A DNA stretch of 64,000 bases from Podarcis liolepis (taxonomy: Eukaryota), in the NCBI GenBank assembly GCA_965112155.1, contig OZ218102.1; one strand, 5' to 3'. The notes under the pieces are model-generated. The model was not told where the DNA came from. It did not search any database and saw only the letters and a program-made list of their open reading frames with translations. Shown one piece after another: positions 62,701 to 64,000 of the stretch (its first letter is position 1; every line of letters starts with the position of its first letter). The translations under genes were made by a program, and so were the position numbers.

Positions 62701-64000
62701 CTTAAATTTAGAAGAAGAAAGGTGTCTTAGCAGCTGAGAAGGGTCCAGTTCAGAACAATCCCCATAGGGGACAAAACATTGTAGGTCAAAACAACAAGCT
62801 GTTCTGAGAGTCTTTTTGGCTAAAGGGCTGGGTATAAAATGCTGTAAGTAAATACGCGACAGCCCTCAAATAATTGAATCAGAATTGGAATCTATGATTA
62901 TCTACATATATTTAAAATTGAAGGTTTAAGTGGTATGTATCAATGCTACATAAGAAGAAAATGCAAAATGTTCAAACTAGAACCTACAAAAAGGCTTTCC
63001 TAAATAACCAATGAACTTCGCTGTTTGTTTTGAAAGAATCAAGCCTGTCTGGATTAACAGAGACAATTTCTCAGTGTTTGTTTTGCAAGATCCTAGCTAA
63101 ATCTTAATTTTACATGAAGTTACAGCATTTCACACTGGCTCCTTCTGTACTTCTAATTGCAATGAGTGTAACAAACCATCAGATGGCTCACTTTTGAAAA
63201 GCTCTTAACTACAGGTACAACAGAGTGCCTCCTTGTGGTATCCTATGCTAATAAGGAACTCATTCCTTGAATGAGGATCCTTGTGTAGCCAAAATGGCAC
63301 CATCCATGCCCAAGAGGAAGGCGTAAGCAGGTTTGGGAAAACCCCAAGGTTTGCAGTACATAAAAATCTTCAGGAACATAAATATTAAAGGGTGCTGGGG
63401 GTGGGGAGTGGAGACAGGCCCAAAAGAGCCTAGTAAGGGTTATGCATGATCAGCTGGCCAGGGAATTCTGACTGCTGGGTGGTCGGGGAGGAAATGGAAA
63501 AGGGCAAGGCTGGTTGGAACACTCTCTACTGGAACATTTTGTTGCCGGTCCCACTTGTGTCAGCTTTTTTCAAATGCAGCTTTGCAATGCCTGTTTCTTT
63601 GGAGTCAGGTGAGGATCCCAAGGAGGTGACGGTGCCTTACTTAACTTGAGAGAAGGCTGCCTTCCCCCACGGATTTTGATTTTTTTAAAGGATGGACCTT
63701 TTGAATTGACTTTCACTTATCTTAACTCTTTTCCACTTTCAGTTACAGTGCCGATTGCACTGTCTAAGGATAAATACCATTTTTAAAATTTATTCTCTGG
63801 CTGTGTATCTTAACATTAACTGGCCTTGTGAAAACATAGCTCATTTGAATAATTTAATCTGACTTGTAATGCATTAGGCTGATTAGAAAACAAGAACAAT
63901 TAGAGTCATGTTAACAATAGGATCTAGAGAAGTAGGAGCATTGATAATAGCAAGATGGAGGTTCTAAAATTCATGTGTTCTAGTTCCTAATTGCGCCACT

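Overview
Vertebrate genomic DNA, most likely a squamate and probably a lacertid lizard (inferred from Sauria SINE, BovB, CR1 and Penelope repeats). The window covers the conserved SMC4-TRIM59-KPNA4 block: the last two coding exons of SMC4 (+), the single coding exon and CpG-island first exon of TRIM59 (-), and all 17 coding exons of KPNA4 (-; 1566 nt, 521 aa, all GT-AG). The C/D scaRNA SCARNA7/U90 lies in KPNA4 intron 12. Four less expected elements were found. (1) An intact, intronless, CpG-island TMEM127-like four-TM gene lies between TRIM59 and KPNA4; it lacks the PPxY motif, and its frame stays open for 56 codons past the stop. (2) A decayed hAT (Tip100/ZMYM1-like) transposase lies in TRIM59 intron 1. 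(3) A possible decayed KCNRG-like paralog lies between SMC4 and TRIM59, mirroring the TRIM13-KCNRG paralogon. (4) Penelope-derived minimal hammerhead ribozyme motifs are present, one inside an 81-bp perfect palindrome. Many MITEs, SINEs and LINE fragments are present, plus a 153-nt N gap. All homology calls come from comparison with remembered sequences; no searches were run.
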